Assembly: GCA_963806225.1 (NCBI GenBank)
Contig: CAWDXG010000004.1
Location: 2,112,001 to 2,176,000 of the forward strand
DNA: 64,000 bases
From: an uncultured delta proteobacterium
GTDB lineage: Bacteria; Myxococcota_A; Polyangia; Polyangiales; Polyangiaceae
Direction: 5' to 3'
This document shows, piece after piece, positions 60,828 to 64,000 of this stretch (positions are counted from its first letter, which is position 1; each line of letters opens with the position of its first letter). A program made the position numbers and the translations under genes. Under the pieces are notes generated by a model, which did no database searches, was not told the origin of the DNA, and worked only from the letters and a program-made list of their open reading frames with translations.

Positions 60828-61268
60828 TCAGGCGCGCGCCTCGTCGCCGCTCTTCTCGGCCGCCGCACCCCCTGCCAGCGCCTCGCGCGCGGCCTTCTTC
60901 TTCTTGTAGTCCTCGATGGCGCTCTTGATGGCGTCCTCGGCCAGCACCGAGCAGTGGATCTTCACCGGCGGCAGGTTCAGCTCCTCGGCGATCTGGCTGT
61001 TCTTGATCTCCGCGGCCTCGTCCACGTTCTTGCCCTTGATCCACTCGGTGGCCAGCGAGCTCGAAGCGATGGCCGAGCCGCAGCCGAAGGTCTTGAACTT
61101 CGCGTCCTCGATCACGCCGTCGTCGCCGACCTTGATCTGCAGCCGCATCACGTCGCCGCAGGCGGGCGCGCCGACCAGGCCCGTGCCCACGTCCGGATCT
61201 TCCTTGTCCAGCGTGCCGACGTTGCGCGGGTTCTCGTAGTGCTCGATGACTTTGTCGCTGTAGGCCAT
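60828..61268 (-). CDS. iscU: Fe-S scaffold IscU
   Basis: YSDKVIEHYENPRNVG, APACGD, FGCGSA, LPPVKIHC. Confidence 0.97.
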   Translation of the reverse strand: MAYSDKVIEHYENPRNVGTLDKEDPDVGTGLVGAPACGDVMRLQIKVGDDGVIEDAKFKTFGCGSAIASSSLATEWIKGKNVDEAAEIKNSQIAEELNLPPVKIHCSVLAEDAIKSAIEDYKKKKAAREALAGGAAAEKSGDEARA

Positions 61269-61308
61269 TTGAATCCGTACTCCGTAGCTCAGCAAAGGTG
61301 CGCGCGGC

Positions 61309-62536
61309 TCAGTGCGCGGCCCACTGGATGCTCTTGATGTCGATGCCGTCCTTGTGCATCTCGTAGAGCGGTGACATGTCGCGGAGCTTCGTGACCTTCG
61401 CGATCACGAGGTCCGCCACGAAATCGATTTCCTCTTCCGTGTTGAAGCGGCCGATGCCGAAGCGGATCGAGGAGTGCGCCAGGTCCTCGTCGAGGCCCAT
61501 CGAGCGCAGCACGTAGCTCGGCTCGAGGCTGGCGCTGGTGCAGGCCGAGCCGCTCGAGACGGCCACGTCCTTGATCGCCATCATCAGCCCCTCGCCCTCC
61601 ACGAAGGCGAAGGAGATGTTCAGGTTGCCCGCCAGGCGCTGGGTCGGGTGGCCGTTGAGCATGCACCAGGTCGAGCTTGTCTGGTGATGCGCTTGTGCAG
61701 GCGGTTCCTGAGCGCGAGGATGCGCTCGTTCTCCGCGGCGCCCTCCTCTTTCATGATCTCGCAGGCCTTGGCGAAGCCGACGATGCCCGGCACGTTCAGC
61801 GTGCCCGAGCGATTGCCGCGCTCGTGCCCGCCGCCGTCCATCTGCGCCACCAGCCGGACGCGCGGCTTGCGAGCGGCGGACGTACAGCGCGCCCACGCCC
61901 TTCGGCCCGTAGATCTTGTGCGCCGTCAGCGAAGCGAGGTCGACGTTCATCTTCTGCACGTCGAACGCCGTCTTGCCGATGCCCTGCACCGCGTCCGAGT
62001 GCAGCAAGCACGCCGCGCGCGCGGGTGATCTTGCCGATCTCCTCGATGGGCTGGATGGTGCCGACCTCGTTGTTGGCGAGCATCACGCTCACCAGGATGG
62101 TCTTGTCGGTGATGGCCTCCTCGATGTCGGCCGGGTCGACCACGCCGTCGGCGCCGACCTGCACGTACGTCACCTCGAAGCCCTGCTTCTCGAGGCGCTT
62201 GCACGAGTCGAGCACCGCCTTGTGCTCGATGCTGGTGGTGACGATGTGGTTGCCCTTCGACTTGTAGTACTCGGCGACGCCCTTGATCGCGAGGTTGTCG
62301 CTCTCGGTCGCGCCGGAGGTGAACACGATCTCCTTGCCGGAGCTCGCGCCTATCAGGTCGGCGATCGTCTCGCGCGACTTTTCCACCGGCGCTTCCGCGG
62401 CCCAGCCGAACTGGTGCGTGCGGCTCGCCGCGTTGCCGTACGTCTCGGTGAAGTACGGCAGCATCGCGTCGAGCACGCGCGGATCGACGCGCGTCGTCGC
62501 GTGGTTGTCCATGTAGATGGGGAGCTTGACGGCCAT
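61309..62536 (-). CDS. iscS: Cysteine desulfurase IscS, split by four apparent single-base insertions (about 62006, 61870, 61682, 61664)
   Basis: [63 protein letters not shown] distributed over three frames. Confidence 0.93.
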
Positions 62537-62548
62537 CGGGGGTCCTCG

Positions 62549-63138
62549 TCAGTTGCGCGTGCACGCCCGCAATCAGATCGGGCGCCTGGCGTTGCTCTTC
62601 GGGGTGGCGTTCGCAGGTCGGGACACGACTCCACCTGCACGCTCGGCGCGCAGGTGGTGTCGCAGGCGTTCAGGAACTCGAGGCTCTCTTCCAGCTCGGC
62701 CTCGAGCTGCATGCAGCTCGCGGATCTTGGAGCGGGCCTCGGCGAGCTTGTCGAGGTAGCGGTCGCGCAGCCGCGCCGCGGCGCCCATCGCGTCGTCCGC
62801 GTCCTCGTGCTCGCGCACGATCTCCTGGATCTCCGAAAGCGAGAAGCCGAGCGCACTGCAGCTTGCTGATCCAGCGCACGCGCAGGAGCGCCTCGCTCGA
62901 GAACAGCCGATAGCGCCCCTTCGAGCGGTCCTCCGGCGTGAGGATCCCGAGGTCCTCGTACAGATGGATCGCGCGCACCGTCTTGCCCGTCGCCTTCGCC
63001 AGCTCGCCCACCTGGAGCAGCTCGTCCGGGCTCGAGCATGCGGCGTAGCTCTCCTCCGCCGCGCGCGCCGGTTCCGAGCCACGCCGCGGCGGAGGGAGCA
63101 GGATGTCGAGATGAGGCGATGGGAGCTGAGTCGGTCAT
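62549..63138 (-). CDS. MerR-family regulator with C-terminal Cys cluster, split by several apparent insertions
   Basis: LLQVGELAKATGKTVRAIHLYEDLG...GRYRLF, LGFSLSEI, coiled coil, reconstructed CDTTC-x8-CPTC; ends approximate. Confidence 0.8.
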
Positions 63139-63171
63139 GGCTGGGGCGCCTCTATCACCCGGCGCTCCGCT

Positions 63172-63202
63172 AGTCTAACCCTTACGTATGCGTGAGGGTT
63201 AC
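63172..63202 (-). promoter_or_regulatory. MerR-type promoter/operator (19-bp spacer with dyad)
   Basis: Minus strand GTAACC-19 nt-TAGACT overlapping palindrome TAACCCTTACGT-AT-GCGTGAGGGTTA (63176-63201, arms 10/12). Confidence 0.72.
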
Positions 63203-63313
63203 GTTACGTGACCGTGTACCTGCGATCTGTCATGCCGTCAACCCGCGCAGGCGCCCGCCACGAGGCCGAAAAGCAGCGAAATCCCCGGCATAAATGCAAG
63301 CCAGTGATATCCC

Positions 63314-63341
63314 TTGACACAACGCGGCGCGCGGCTAGATT
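63314..63341 (+). promoter_or_regulatory. Sigma70 promoter of tRNA-fMet
   Basis: TTGACA-16 nt-TAGATT, 12 nt upstream of the tRNA. Confidence 0.7.
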
Positions 63342-63353
63342 GCCGACCTCTGA

Positions 63354-63427
<74 letters not shown>

Positions 63428-63444
63428 CCCATAGCCGTACCACG

Positions 63445-63483
63445 CGATGATCCCTCGGCCCCGGCCGGGGGTTCGTCGTTTGT
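63445..63483 (+). terminator. Probable intrinsic terminator after the tRNA (possibly bidirectional)
   Basis: CGATGATCCCTCGGCC-cc-GGCCGGGGGTTCGTCG followed by TTTGT. Confidence 0.6.
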
Positions 63484-63509
63484 GGGGCAGCGTCGACGGG
63501 TGAGCCTGC

Positions 63510-64000
63510 TCAGGGAGCAAGCCCGCCCGGTCCGGCGTGCGCGTGTGGACCGGCCCGCGTGCCGCCTCCGGTGCCCTTCAGATAGGCGATCAGCGGGTCG
63601 CTGACCAGCGGCACCACCGTGGGCAGCATGTGCGGCATCAGCGAGTCCATCACCTGGGGCAACAGGGTCGGCATCTGCTCCTCCATGTAGTCCGGCATCG
63701 GCACCTGCCCGGCGATCCGGTCGAGCATCACCGGCATCAGCTTCTGCATCATGCGCGGCATCAGAATCGAGAAGAGCACCGGGAAGAGCGGCTTCATCAA
63801 CCTGAGCGCGCCGGGCACCTTCGCCATGAAGCGCATCACCTTGCCCAGACCGAACGGCATCGCGGCGATCAGCTCGGGCCACATGGTGGCGAGCAGGTCG
63901 GCGAAGCCCTGGGGCGTGAGCAGCGGGATCATCTTGTCGAACACCGCCCATTGCGCGCGCGCCGCCGGGTGCGGGTCGGGCAGCTCGTAGCCCAGCTTCT
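63510..64000 (-). CDS. C-terminal part of a gene running off the window; Met/Pro-rich helical region
   Basis: Frame open to the window edge, strong GC3 bias, MPRMMQKLMPVML...MPDYMEEQMP. Confidence 0.6.
   Translation of the reverse strand, partial: KLGYELPDPHPAARAQWAVFDKMIPLLTPQGFADLLATMWPELIAAMPFGLGKVMRFMAKVPGALRLMKPLFPVLFSILMPRMMQKLMPVMLDRIAGQVPMPDYMEEQMPTLLPQVMDSLMPHMLPTVVPLVSDPLIAYLKGTGGGTRAGPHAHAGPGGLAP

Noticed and set aside
61309..63138. Programmed frameshifting or true pseudogenes in iscS and merR
   Set aside because: No slippery sequences, all changes are +1 insertions clustered in one stretch, and motifs are otherwise intact; sequencing error is more parsimonious

Overview
High-GC (roughly 70% by eye), gene-dense bacterial DNA. 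The gene content points to Myxococcota, probably Polyangiales/Sorangiineae-like: a FrgA-like protein, a Ser/Thr kinase, an FHA-GAF-cyclase and many Cys-rich lipoproteins with Gly/Ser and DAG linkers. Core functions present: gap-pgk-tpiA-secG, glpK, accA, folP, an ISC Fe-S operon (iscS-iscU-iscA-hscB-hscA-fdx) and initiator tRNA-fMet. Most notable items: (1) an MNIO (DUF692/DUF2063) RiPP cassette whose Cys-rich bufferin-like precursor carries a probable lipobox and lies 30 bp head-to-head with an aminopeptidase P; (2) a complete c-di-AMP synthesis/degradation module (pgpH-like divergent from folP-cdaA-cdaR); (3) an almost perfect 162-bp x 4.2 hairpin-rich tandem array running in frame into a YkgJ (CxxCxxCC) gene; (4) a boxR-boxC-boxB benzoate locus without boxA and with a 19-bp-arm operator; (5) a Cys-tailed MerR regulator in the position usually held by IscR, with a 19-bp-spacer MerR-type promoter; (6) a BTAD/SARP regulator next to 11-bp-period direct repeats in front of an ABM-cupin fusion; (7) a nested inverted-repeat element inside the isc operon; (8) a leaderless promoter signature on about 10 genes. 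Several +1 frameshifts, dense near the right end and including iscS, are most likely sequencing/consensus errors. All family calls come from motif recognition by eye; no database searches were run.
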